A model generated the notes under the pieces. It saw only the letters and a program-made list of their open reading frames with translations. It made no database searches and had not been told where the DNA came from. The translations under genes were made by a program, and so were the position numbers. A DNA stretch of 64,000 nt from Takakia lepidozioides (Eukaryota > Plantae > Bryophyta), in NCBI GenBank assembly GCA_030704615.1, contig CM060732.1, forward strand, positions 46,314,001 through 46,378,000. The letters run 5' to 3'. Positions 48,551-63,928 of the stretch are shown piece after piece; the stretch's first letter is position 1, and each line of letters opens with the position of its first letter.

Positions 48551-50109
48551 CAGTGTTGGACCGCTATACCTGGTTGAACCCGGGTACGAAATACAGGTAT
48601 GAGTACGTGTATTGAAGAACGTATGTACCAGTCGGGTGTGAATGAACCAATGTACTCTGGTAATACACATACTGGGGGTTGGTCATGATCGGGTCACAAT
48701 CTTCTTGCAGCTTTGCGGCCGCAATCTTATTTTTTCTCCTGTAATTCTTTGGAGAGATAAGCTAAAGTTTCTTTAACGTCCAGTGAATTTACAGAGCCTA
48801 CTGCTCAATACACAGGCCATCGAGGGCCCAATGGACTGTCTGAAAGAGAGAGAGAGAGAGGATGTCAAACGGAGTTAGTATAAATAAGAGCCTCTTCCCT
48901 TCTGGGTACTTGCCTTTGGACAACAGACAAGGACATAACAAAATGGCAACTCTCTTTGGGGCCGGGGCCAAAATCGACACGGGCCGGCTGAGATTGCGGA
49001 CATTGCTCTGGATCATACTGGAAAATGGCCTCCACCGGTTCCATCTTTAGGGTTTCACCCCAGACATATCTTGTGGCCTTGAGGCTGGTCGGGTGGTGGG
49101 GCCCGCCACCTCATTAAGACATAGGCCCGAAATACTTGTCATGGACTTGGAAATTGTTTGATTTATAACTACCTTCATGCAGGTAATTACAGGTCTTGCA
49201 TGAAGGTAGTTGTAAAATCATACCGAACTATCTCCATGCAAATAGCCACAATCTACCTCCATGGAGGCAGTCATGATCTGCACCAACTACCCTATCTATC
49301 ATTGAACCCACACCAAGCTGCATCCTGAAGACTTGCCACCTATGAATCGCTTATTGAATGTATAAATGGAGGGTTCAGTCGCCTGTGCTCAGCAAAATTC
49401 AGAGGCATACCAGACCTGGGTATACACATGCATAGCATGGTTCCATAGGGGTAATGTGACGAGTTCATGGCGGCTAGGTATGAGTATACCTATGTTAGTG
49501 CAGCTAGTGAAATATCGTAGTTTAGACTACAATTAGCTGTGTGCCTAATGACATTTATTTCTATGTATGGTGAGTAGTTATAACCTCCTCCGATTCGGGT
49601 TTTTACAAAATCTTAGGATCAAAGAACCTCCTGTTCCGGTTTTTTCATATATTTCTTATGGAAAGAACCACCGGTTCCGGTTAATTGTAAGAACCTCAAA
49701 GAACCGGTGGTTTTCATCAAATAACCAGCGGGTCTTTGGCACATCTTTGACGGTTTTCAGGCTGGTTTTCTCAAAACTACGTAACCGGCGGTTATGAGCC
49801 TTTGCGGGTTCTTTGTTTTTTTGAGGACCACAGTTATATATCCATATAACCTTCTTGATAACCTCCGGGGGTTTGTAGCTGAATCAAAGAACCTCCCAAC
49901 ACTGCTATATACTATATACCCAACAATATCACTACAATAAAACACAATGCTAGCACCATACTGATATACAACCTAAAATACAATTACTCATACCAGATTC
50001 ATACCCAAGTTGCTCCTACCTGTATAGCCACCTATACCAGCCTGGTATGAGAGTAAGGGTGGGACTTAGTCTGGTACTAAAAATGGACATATCTACCAGT
50101 CCAGCACTG
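48551..50109. mobile_element. Non-autonomous hAT element (1.56 kb) containing a fragment of the 19894-family element
   Basis: TIRs cagtgttggac / gtccagcactg with a perfect 8-bp TSD GTTGCGTC (48543-50, 50110-17). Internal ...aagaacctcccaacactg end at ~49903. Confidence 0.92.
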
Positions 50110-50228
50110 GTTGCGTCCTCGTGTCCAAGTGGACAGAGTGACGCTTGTGCACGGGACTAGTTTATATTTCAAGTAACAGCTGATCAGTCCTTCAGTGGTT
50201 CAAGTAGCACCTCAGTGTTGTGAGGATA

Positions 50229-53346
<3,118 letters not shown>

Positions 53347-56300
53347 GCAGTCAAGTATAATAGTGTAAGCAGGTTACCTGATGCCAAGACTAGGTCGTCA
53401 GTCTTTTTTCCTGCAGATTGTCGGGGCCATTTTGGGCTACTTTGAACCAAATGGGCCACAAGATATTCAAATTTGGGGATCTGAATTCAGACAATTTGTA
53501 GGCTTCATCTGATCCCTTATATGGAGCAAATTTGTGAATCTGCTCTTATTATAGTGAACAACCCCTGATTTATACTTCTACTTCTTTGTCTGAATTGAAA
53601 TCCATTGTGCAATGACCACCTCAGCGAGGATTGAATTCAAAATTGCCTTGATATAAAATTCTTTACAGTCCATCACTACTTCCAATAAGACCCAGTACTG
53701 TCTTCTTATATAGTCTGTGATTCTCAGTCCATCACAGCCATTGAAATAATTGTCAAATTCACACCAGTGATCAACAGATATTCATCAAACAGAAAAGAGT
53801 ATCCTAATAAGTATCCAGATCATGTCTTCACACTTGCAAAGAAAGGTGGCCGAAAGAAATATATAGTGATGAAGGTAGAGAAACGTGTTTTGAGGGGTGG
53901 TGAGTGGCCAGAGGAGAGGAGGAAGTGACGTAGAGAGCTGAAGTAGGCATAACTCAACAGGTCTTGGGAACTTGGATAAGAAGGAAGAGAGCTCATTTTG
54001 TGGTTTTGTAAATTCACACATGGCCCATGTGATGAAGTAGACCAACAAGAAACAATTTTAAATTACGGCAATTCATCACTCGAAGATGAAATACCCCATG
54101 AAAACAGAAGGAACTTTAGGAAATGAAATGGTACTTTATAACGTCTGGGAGAGGTCTGGGGGTAGCTGAAGAGAGAAAAGAAGAGAAATGAAATGAAAGG
54201 AACTAGTACATACTTTCCGAAACTATTTTTTCATCCACCCTAGAGGGAAGAGATAGTGAAAAGCTGTAGTGAGGGGGTCTTCTGCCTGGGACATGCCCAC
54301 AGGTGGGTGCATGGGGGTCTAGAAGTGCTCACGCTCACCGACATTATTCTTGTTTCGGGGCTCAACTCTCGCTTGGGCATTCATAAAGCTTTGTCCTTGG
54401 TGCCTCCGCCTTGGGAGATGCTGTGAACCAATTCAAGTAATGTCCCTTTCTTACTTTTCATTGAGCAGCTAGTGGGGTCTATTGGAAGCATCTTGTAGAA
54501 ATGTGTTCAGGTCAGTGTGGGGCTTATTTCTGGGGGCTGTGGACTGTAAGAGGTCGTGTGCTGATGTATGACTCTTGAGGGGTTGGTGGGGTGGAGAATA
54601 AAGCTGGATACACTAGTGGCTCTTTTCACCATGGATCCGTGTTTATCTTGTTTCCAGAGAGGGCATACCCCTCTTTTTTTCCTTCTCATGTGTTGCCCAT
54701 GATGCCATTTGCAGGTTTATGCCATTCTTGGTACTGTCAGGGCAACTTTGTCCACCGGGAATTGAAGGCACTCTATTTGCTCTTTTCATGATAATTTGGG
54801 GGCTATTCTGAGCTCCATCAATGGTGCAGCTCTATCATCCGCCCGCAACACACTTCGTCTGAAACTTTAGGCAATTTGTCTCTGGGCATTTGCTTCAAGC
54901 TGTGTGCACAGTAATCCCAAACTTATTTCTTTTCTTGGTGCCAGCCGTGGTGACAGGGGCATCCAATAGGGCATTAGAGCATCGTTCATGTAATTCAACC
55001 TGGTTCAGCTAACCTGACAACTACGCTCCTTGTTGGCAGGGATTCTGACCATATCTCATCCTCATCTCATCCTGCAACATCTGCATAGTTATGGCAAACC
55101 ATTTTTTATCCATTTGTATCCTGGCTCATGTGTGTTTATTCAGCATCTGATTTGAGGTGAAAGGGCATGTACCAAACCGGCCGTTGCTGCTGTACTATGG
55201 GAGTCAGTATGAGTATGGCCTACAACAGCCATAATACTGATAAAGCTCACGACGAATGCTGCCAGTATCTGATAACCCATCCCCCCAAACAAACTTGCAT
55301 TGAGTTCATCAGATCACCCAGTCTGACAGAGTTCAAGCTCACAAATTGTCTCACTAATGGCTCTCATCTCCATGTTAACTCAAAGCACATTACACTCTAC
55401 AATTACTGCTTTATTGTAAGGAAGGTGTAAGTAAAGAGCAGTTCCCTCTCTGCAATTCATGAAGAGCAATGCCCCTGACGACCTGCTTTCAAGCAGTTAA
55501 GCCAACAATAGAAACCCAACCTGAAGGCGAATAGAGAGCCAGAGGCTAGCTGCCAGCTCTGAGTATGAGGCACGCTGGTTGACTCCCACCTTCTCCCAAT
55601 TCTTCATTGCAAACAGGGCCTGCTCCCACCAAGTATCCCTAAACGAAGAATCAATAACATACCCTGCATGGAATAGCCTGAGTGAAGCACTGGAAGTATT
55701 TGCCCACTGTCCACATGTCAATGAGTAGTATACATGGTTTCATGTCCTCTCAATTCTACTTGATCCACTTTGTCCAATGGGACCTTCGGCCCCCCTGCGG
55801 CCGTCAAAGACTTTCTTTCTTTCTGCCTATTCCGTGGAACTCAATCTCTCACTGAAGTCTTCCACTATGAGGATCAGAAATGCTTGGCAGCTTACCTGCA
55901 TGAGGCCTTCACCCCTAGACAATCCCATGAGCAGTAGTTGCTTTTGGGCTGTTTTTTGTCGAGGCTTTATATTGGGCTTTCAGGGTGGGGATGTAGAATG
56001 AGAGTCTCAAAGGGGCTGACATAGGCTGGCTCAGAGACAAACAAGTTACAAGCTCATTTAAGGGAGCCTGCAATCTTTTGAAGCTTTTGGCCAATGCCCT
56101 GGTTCTCCCATCAGCTTCACATACCTCCTTTCATTGTGACACTCCATGGGATGGCTGATTAATGGGTTTGAACGTTTGAACCGGGGGTAAGAGGTTTTCA
56201 AAGTAGACAAGACCTTATTTTCAAGGGATGGTTTAGTAAAGATGTAAAATATTTATACTGAAGGGTGAGTTTCTGGTACATGAGACTTTCTTTCATTGTA

Positions 56301-57981
56301 TTAGTTTCTTCCCAAAATCCCATTTAAACTTGATCAATAAAGTCTCACCCAGGGCCACTGTCCCCTGTTCACTTTTTTTTTTTTTTTTTTTATAACTTTG
56401 AAAGGTGAGCTTGCCAAGTAATTCCTAATGAATCTTGTCCAGAATCTGTTGTTGAAATATGGTCTCTTCATTTGGACCTGAAATTTGGATGTGGTAGAGA
56501 CACTTGACTAGGAACAAGATTTTAGAAGGCTTAAACAAACTGTGAGGCAACCAATTGCATACAGTTCAAACTTCAAACGTGAATAATGACCTCTTACAAG
56601 TACCAGTGACAGGTACTTGTGTAACTTGGGAATTCGCCAGATTCAACTAAACATATCCTATTTTTAATCCATGCTGGTATACTATCAGTGTACATCCAGT
56701 CTGGTACAAGCAAACAAATGCAGACTTCAGGAGAAGTTGCACTGCAAGTCTTGGGTACACTGATTTGCTAAATTGGAATGCGTTCAAACTTCAAGGCAAG
56801 CCTCTAAGTACGAACGAGCGAGTAGTGCTGGAATCTTTGGAAGGATGGTCCGGTGACAGTGTGTGAAGAATACTGACCCCATGTTAGATCTTCCTCGGCA
56901 ATTAACCGATTTGTCAGTTCAGGGGGTGATCAACCCAATTTAGTGATTCAGTGGGATCGGAAATAAGCAGTAGTCGGACTGTAAAGATCAGTGTTGGCTT
57001 GATAACTTGTAACGAAATCAGTGAGCATAGTCGTCCAGGTAGGAGGGATCGCTTGATGGTATAAGTTCACAAGGTTATCAACGAGCACATAGTCAAACAT
57101 TCTGAAGTAGCCACTTCGGACAACTGTACAAACACAGCATGCACATGACGATGACGCTCCTTAGTACAATATCAATTAGTTAGTTTTGTAGCCTGGATCG
57201 CTCCTGGATCGTAAACTTCCACTGGATGTGCTTCAGAGTCAAGATCTCATAAGTAAGATCATACCTGCAGGGCAGTGCCAGCTTTTACACAGACACACGG
57301 GCACACATATGGGAAGGCAACCTACAACGTACAACATTAATATGACTCTACCAGCTTCACAATGTCAGCAATGATGAAAGAATTTGCAAGAGAATTCGGG
57401 CCATGTTTTGAATTCTTTCGAAAGCATTTACCCGAGGTACCCAATGGCGACTTAGTTCAGAAAAGAGAGACAAGGAGAAAGAGCAAGGACAAAATAGACA
57501 TGGATAGACAAGGAACACGGAGCCATCTTGAACCCTTAATCTCAAGAAAATTGCGGTATAGACTTGGTGACTTCTCTCTCTCTCCGTTATAAAGTACCAT
57601 TCCATTCCATTCTCTCCAATCCATGGAAGAAGAACAACACATGTGTATGGTAGTGACAAGCCCACCATCACTTCCCCACCGATTTCGTCACCTTCCGACA
57701 TCAAACATCCTTATTTCATGACGTCCGCGGAAATCTCAACCAAAGAACTTAATCAGAGTTCAGAACTTCGGCATGACAGATTGGTGAATAACCCCCAAAG
57801 TGTGATTTCTCTTTAGTGTGATCAGGACTCCCATTTCTGTACATGCACAAAGGCCAGCATCTCTCCAGACCATCCATGGGCTCCAACTTTCTACAATCGT
57901 GAATGTTCGAAGTGTCTAAATCGTTTGTTTAACACCATTTCACAAGCATGCGTCTGGAACCTTGCCCTCTTATGTACTAGA

Positions 57982-58077
57982 GAACGGGCCGTGTTTGGCC
58001 CATTCTGCCCTGTAAGCGGCCTTTGGGCGAGCCCTATGGCCGCGCACATGGCAGAGTCGGCCAAACACGGCCCGTTC
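57982..58077. repeat. GC-rich 96-nt inverted repeat (hairpin)
   Basis: Perfect 19-bp outer stem gaacgggccgtgtttggcc / ggccaaacacggcccgttc, with interrupted pairing up to a GA loop. Confidence 0.9.
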
Positions 58078-58887
58078 ACTGGCGTTAAAAGCAGGTGTGG
58101 CGGATTCTCGCCGCTATTATCCAATATCGATTGCCCAGATTCAGAGCCTTGGAGAGGATATAAAGGGGGCCAGCCTCAGGGGAAGCCTGGTCGGTGGTGG
58201 CCCTAGGTGGCCGATTCGACTTAAGAATTAGGCCGAAAAAGTGGCAGAATCTATCACACTTGCTTTTAACGTAGACCCAATACATATGTGGTCGAAGCAC
58301 ATGTCATGTATACATGGTAAGGTAAATTGAAAACGTGAAGGCAAATAGGAAGCACAACTATGATTCACTAGCTGCAGGTCATGACTGATTGTTCCGAGCG
58401 GGGTGAGTGCTTAGAGATATCCAACTCTTCTATCTTGGAGTTTCCACCTCGGATAGCAAAGGGATGGGTGAGTAAAAGCCGCCCATCTAAGAATTTTCAC
58501 CTCGAATAGCAAAGGGATGGGTGAGTAAAACCGCCCGACAAGGTTGAACCAAGAGGCCTTGCAGCATGCATAGGGACAACAATATCTTTATCTTGTCCCA
58601 CACAAGAACAAACCCGACCCTCCCACCCTGTTTTGTCTTGGATGATTGGGTGGTGTCTTTTGGCATGATTTGACAAGAAAGATGAGAGTGGGAGGCAGTG
58701 AATGGTTAAGAGTGGGGGCAGTGAATGGCAGCGGCCGACAGCAATAAACCAGAAATAGCATGATTTATCTTTTGAAGAAATCCATATATGGCAACCATGG
58801 AGTATTTTGAGCTTTTCCGAGAAAAGATGTCCGTTCACAAAAGATACCGTTGCTCACAAAAGATACCAACGGTCTACAGGTAAGCAC

Positions 58888-58895
58888 TATATAAA
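58888..58895 (+). promoter_or_regulatory. TATA box of the MADS-box gene
   Basis: TATATAAA about 220 bp before the ATG, followed by a candidate 5'-UTR intron GTGAGT...CCAACAG (58931-59081). Confidence 0.5.
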
Positions 58896-59114
58896 CTCAA
58901 AGTCTTCTAGTTGAACTTAGTTGTTTACAAGTGAGTTCTAAAGACTCTCGTAAAGATTCTTAAAGTAGTAGGAGTCTGCCAGGAGTCGGATTGTGAATTG
59001 TGTATCCATGGCGTCTCTAGAATTACCACCTGTATGTCAGCTCGAGGGGTAGCCCTGGGTGTCTTGACTTCGTTCCAACAGATTGCCGGCTGATCTGGAG
59101 TGGAGTGATATAAC

Positions 59115-60422
59115 ATGGGTAGGGTGAAGTTGCCGATGAAGATGATAGAGCTGCCTACCAGCAGGAAGGTCACTTTTTTAAAGAGACGCACCGGACTTAT
59201 GAAAAAAGCGTTTGAGTTGTCTACTTTGTGTGCCGTCGATGTAGCGGTTCTCATTATAGGACCTTCGAACAAAGTTTTTCAATACTGCAACGGTTCGCTT
59301 GAGGACATGATCATTAGATATGCAAATTTGACCCCTGAGGACCGTGACAAGAGTTTGCATGAGATGAGGAGCAAATTACTCTCGCTTAGGATTACTCTTG
59401 GTATGCCGGCTGCAGGCGACGTGGAGGACATGTCTCAAAACCGTCAAATCTACCCGGAGTGGGTAACTGAGGCCGTGCTGAAGATTCAAGAGGGGAGAAA
59501 CATAGCTTCTTCGAGTAATCAACTTGTAAATTCTGGTTCAAGCAACAGTCTCGAGCCCAACGTGTCAGGCGGGAGTCAATACAATGTGCAGGACCGTAAT
59601 CTGTATATCACTTGGCTTGAAGGCCAAGTAAGGACTCGTCAAGCGGAATTTGAGAAGGTATCGTTCCATTCGAAGATCTTCCTTGGAGACCCCGATGTTC
59701 TCAAACATTTGGACGTTGCCGTCTTGAGTAGGATAGAGCGTCAATTAACCGCATCTCTTGACAGAGTACGACAGGGCCGGCGCAATCTTATAAGCATGCA
59801 GCAGGATTGCCATGATCTAGTCCCGTATCAGCCGATTCAGCATGATCTAGTCACCATGCACAGACAGAATCCACAGGTTGTCGGGCAGCTACAATCGGAA
59901 ATTGGCATGCAGGGTCCTTTCTATGGGGCCAGTTGCAGCAACAGTGTTGGGCCATCTTGGGTGAATCAAAGACCAGCACGGGATGATACTTCTGCGCCAG
60001 CAGCTCAACACGACAACAATTATAACGCGGGTGCTTGCAATGTGGCCAGTAGCAGCAATTCTGCTGCGGCCTGGGATCAGTATCAGAGACCAGCATGGGA
60101 TGCTACCTTTAATCTGCCACCAGCTCCACAAGACAACAACGCCCAACTCATCATGCACAACGTCCAAGCTCCACAAACGCCTACAATGCAATTCGATCAA
60201 TTTGCAGGCACGACCCAGATCACTCGAGACTCCCTTCTGAACACTGTTGGAGCATCTGGTCATGAGGACAACTGGCTTGAATTTGAGCTGACACAACCTC
60301 CTGGAGACTATGGGCAGCAGCAAGTAGGCACCCATTTCTTGCAAGCACCAGACTATGGTGGACCAGCAGCCTCTATCGACCCTGCTTCTGCTTGGATCAA
60401 CGACTTTCAGGCCAACGGCTAG
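59115..60422 (+). CDS. Intronless MADS-box transcription factor with MIKC*-like I/K regions
   Basis: 435-aa ORF starting MGRVKL...RKVTFLKRRTGLMKKAFELSTLC, then SLEDMIIRYANL and a K-like helix region LSRIERQLTASLDRVRQGR, then a Q/N/P-rich C-terminus. Confidence 0.9.
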   Translation: MGRVKLPMKMIELPTSRKVTFLKRRTGLMKKAFELSTLCAVDVAVLIIGPSNKVFQYCNGSLEDMIIRYANLTPEDRDKSLHEMRSKLLSLRITLGMPAAGDVEDMSQNRQIYPEWVTEAVLKIQEGRNIASSSNQLVNSGSSNSLEPNVSGGSQYNVQDRNLYITWLEGQVRTRQAEFEKVSFHSKIFLGDPDVLKHLDVAVLSRIERQLTASLDRVRQGRRNLISMQQDCHDLVPYQPIQHDLVTMHRQNPQVVGQLQSEIGMQGPFYGASCSNSVGPSWVNQRPARDDTSAPAAQHDNNYNAGACNVASSSNSAAAWDQYQRPAWDATFNLPPAPQDNNAQLIMHNVQAPQTPTMQFDQFAGTTQITRDSLLNTVGASGHEDNWLEFELTQPPGDYGQQQVGTHFLQAPDYGGPAASIDPASAWINDFQANG

Positions 60423-61071
60423 TCATTCAAATTGAACTCGTTGGACGGAGTCTTGATTTCTTTGAACTTATCTTGTATTTTGGCAACATTATTTTTTCCT
60501 TGGTTATATAAGGGCCTCTGTCCCCTTTTATTTAATAAGAAAAAAATAAAAATAAACTCAGTGTTGGCAGCTTTTCTCTCTCTCTAATCAGGTTTCTATG
60601 GCAAGCCAACCTCGTTGGATAATCTGGTTTTGATCTCATTATAAGTCTTTGTCCACCACAGTAGTTTCCTCCCATAGTTTGAACGGATGGCCAGATCCTG
60701 GTTTTAGTCCTTGTTGGTTTATCTGCAAGGTCTATACATCTGGGTTCACGAGGGTCACTAATGTAGCAAGGCTGATCCTCTTCCAAACCTTAGGAAAGAG
60801 GTTTGTAGTTGGAAACAGGTTTAAGGACCCTTGTTGGCTTGACAAGCTTTTCTGAATTGATGGCATATCTGTCTTAGCTCTTAGTACAAGTAGGCAATAC
60901 CTTTGGAATGTAATCTGATTGGATAGTTAGGGATAAAACTTCCCCTGAACCAGTCTGTGACATGGGTGACAACCATAAGGATGACCTGAAGGCCTACCTA
61001 CCCTCGGCGCAAGGAGTCTACCATTAAACAGATGCAGATAGAGAAGGGATATTGTCAAACCTCTATGTGTC

Positions 61072-61427
61072 AGCAGCCTGAAGACAATATCCATTTTCTA
61101 CCGGTGGATTATCGTTGAGAGCAACCCTCTTCAGGACCATCACAAACATAGTCCCTGCCCTTGTGTGCACCAACTCAAGTCTGAGCCTAAAGCCTGGCCC
61201 TGTTGGGGTCGAATAGCTGGGCAGATCATACACAACAGATTGATGCTTGTGTGAAGGGCTTTTTATAGGAAATCTGGAAAGCCTGACAAATTGTTTATTT
61301 CAAGGTCAGTCCCACTACCGGAATGAGCCCCTCACACAGGTACCGTCTGTTCCATGTTGTTTCACCCAACCGGACATGAGGTCTAAGGCTACCGCAAACA
61401 AGGTCTTCTGAGTACATTCTCTCTCTG
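61072..61427 (+). mobile_element. 3' fragment of the RTE/RTEX-like LINE
   Basis: cctgaagacaatatccattttct...gagtacattctctctct, collinear with 35995-36360 and 10303-10657. Confidence 0.8.
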
Positions 61428-61725
61428 GCATGTGTGTGCACTGAGGCCTTAGGCAAGATACCTCTAATTTCCTATTTGGAAATAGCTACCAAAATGCAGT
61501 AATATCAATTGAGCTACCAGAGAAATCAATGTGAGAACGTAACTGTTAACAAATTATGATATATTGAACCACTACAACAGTGTCGGTGGAGGACATTTGG
61601 GAAGCAGAGACAGAGAAGAATTCCCCAAACCCTAAATCTTATCTCTACTAACTGAATGGACAATCTTCCCTGGATAATAGTTGGAAAGCATTATTGCTTC
61701 CAGTGTGTGATGATGTTCACGCAGG

Positions 61726-63928
61726 TCAACCAGAAACCTCAATCGACCGAAGCTCCCAGCCTCCCTCTCCATCAATCAATCGCAGCTCCATGGCATGGTA
61801 AGGGATGAGTGCAGGGCGCTGCCAAGCCACACATAGTTGAAGTAGGTAGCAATCCAGGAAACTGGCAAGAGTAAAAATAGTCTATGCAACAGCGAAGTAT
61901 CTATTAACAACATATAACTAGATTTTTAACATCTAAGAGCATAAAAGTAGCCACCTTTGAGTTCAAATGAAAAACAACATCAGTACCTACCTGATATACA
62001 AACGGTGATTCAGGTTAAGTTTCATTTCAAAAACACTACAACAATTGCAGTGAGTGTATTCATTTTCCTGGTTCTTCTTCCTGTGGTCATTTCTCTGAAG
62101 CTTGGATTCCATGCTTTCATACACTGCTCGAGGCGTACGTGGGAGAACCATCAAGTCAGTTATCTTCTAACAGGTTCCATTGGCATTAGGTTGAAGCACC
62201 CTAGATTTGGGGCAGGCTCTGAAATCAGACACACACTGGTTGGGTTTGGCACCGAGATGTCAGTATATGTATGCTAGTCAAAAACCATACCAAAAAAATG
62301 CGACTTCGACAAAAGATCTCCCCAGCAGTTGCAGCTGGAAGGACACAGGAGAGGTCAACTGAGCTGATCCTTTTCTCATGGAAATACAGCACATATCTTT
62401 GTCCCCCACTCGTGGGAGGGTCGATCCACCTGGTTGCACATCCTGGCCATTTGAGAAGGTATATACCTAAGTGGGAGTTTACCATTGGACCGTCATCTCA
62501 ACACTAGAATCACACATAAATTCCAAATCCAGGAAATCGTGTTCAAGGTTCTGGTTTCCATCCGCAAGTAGCCTAAGGATCTTGACGTGAAAAGTTATGC
62601 AATATTTTACACCAGTTAAGAAGGTCCTAACCAGGTTATCACTCCTTGCTCATGTTATGCCATTCAGTCATTGCCAAATCCTGGTCTATAGCTGTTAGTA
62701 CAAACCTGAGAGATTGTTACCACAGATATACCCAAAGCCTGAGCACGCTTGTACAGGCCTTCCTCCACATCTATGCTTGTGGCACTGCATAAGAAGGTAG
62801 AGAGTTACAGACCAACACTACTCCATTTCACCTTTGCAGATTACTACCAGCACCATCTGTTTTTTGAACATCCCTGACTGTTACAGAAATGCATCTTGCA
62901 GACAGTCAACTCTTGCAAGAGAGAGAACCCAGCAACAGGAGTTGAAGTCTGATCTGCTATTGATAATAAGGTGGCATTGTAAAAAACACAGCTTCTTAGC
63001 ATCGAGAAATGAGTCCCTTGACAACAGTCTGATAAGTATCTCATAGTCTGGTCCCGAAGTCCACATACACATTCATTCAATGGACTACTACAAGAAAAGG
63101 CACAAAGGTATCAGCTCAACAATTGTATAGCATGCAGCATAGCAACTCCTGACTCCCAGTCCCTTCCTTGCTTCATCAAGAGATAATTTCCGCTCCTTCA
63201 AGTGTGTCAAGTCAGGCATCTAAAACTAAGTCCAAGGACGTGGGGAGACTTACTTGGTGCACTCGTCTAGAATGCCAAATTTGGGATGGTGGAAGAAGAG
63301 TCGTGCCTAAAGATCACCAATACAATGGTTCAAAGAACAGAACTAAACTGAAGTCTTGACAACACATCTGTTCTAGGCAAGATGACATCATCCACCACTG
63401 AATCTGGAGCCGCACAGAAGACAAGCAACTAGTCACAGAGCCATGAGTAGGACATGTACTTCCAAGTTGGAGGCAGCATAAGTCAAACTCATGCGACGAA
63501 AGTTGAGGAGAAAAGAGACGGGTATCAAAATTAGAGACCAGATCTAGCACTGGGCACAATGCTGGTTTATCCTTGCTGTTTCTACCAACCTAATTAAAAG
63601 CTCAGGGCAGGTAGGGGTTATCAATTTATCAAGAGACGGAATACTCTTCACTTGCATATAGGCATTCAAGTCCATTGTACAGCCTGTCACTTCAGTTGTT
63701 CATAAGCAGTAAATATGTAAATCATCACACGTACCATGCCAAGTCTCTGTTGTTCTCCCAGAGAGAGCATGTCCTCCCAGTTGGCACTAGCCTCCCATGA
63801 ACCTTCACGATCCAAACAATAGACCAGTCTCACATCCTCCAGAATTGATCGCAACTGTGTGTCCAACATCTCTAAAGCTGCATCTGATGAGCTTTTCCCC
63901 ACAAACTTGTCACTTCCCTCATTCAAAC
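61726..63928 (-). CDS. ABCD1: Peroxisomal ABC transporter D family member 1 (CTS/PXA1/PED3-like), last four exons; gene continues beyond the window
   Basis: Exons 63928-63735 (NWEDMLSLGEQQRLGM), 63306-63254 (ARLFFHHPKFGILDECT), 62784-62706 (ATSIDVEE...TISQ) and 61818-61726 (RPALIPYHAMELRLIDGEGGWELRSIE). Confidence 0.93.

Noticed and set aside
60559-60571. hAT TIR (cagtgttggcagc) suggesting the MADS gene is hAT cargo
   Set aside because: It points away from the gene, and I found no partner TIR or TSD.
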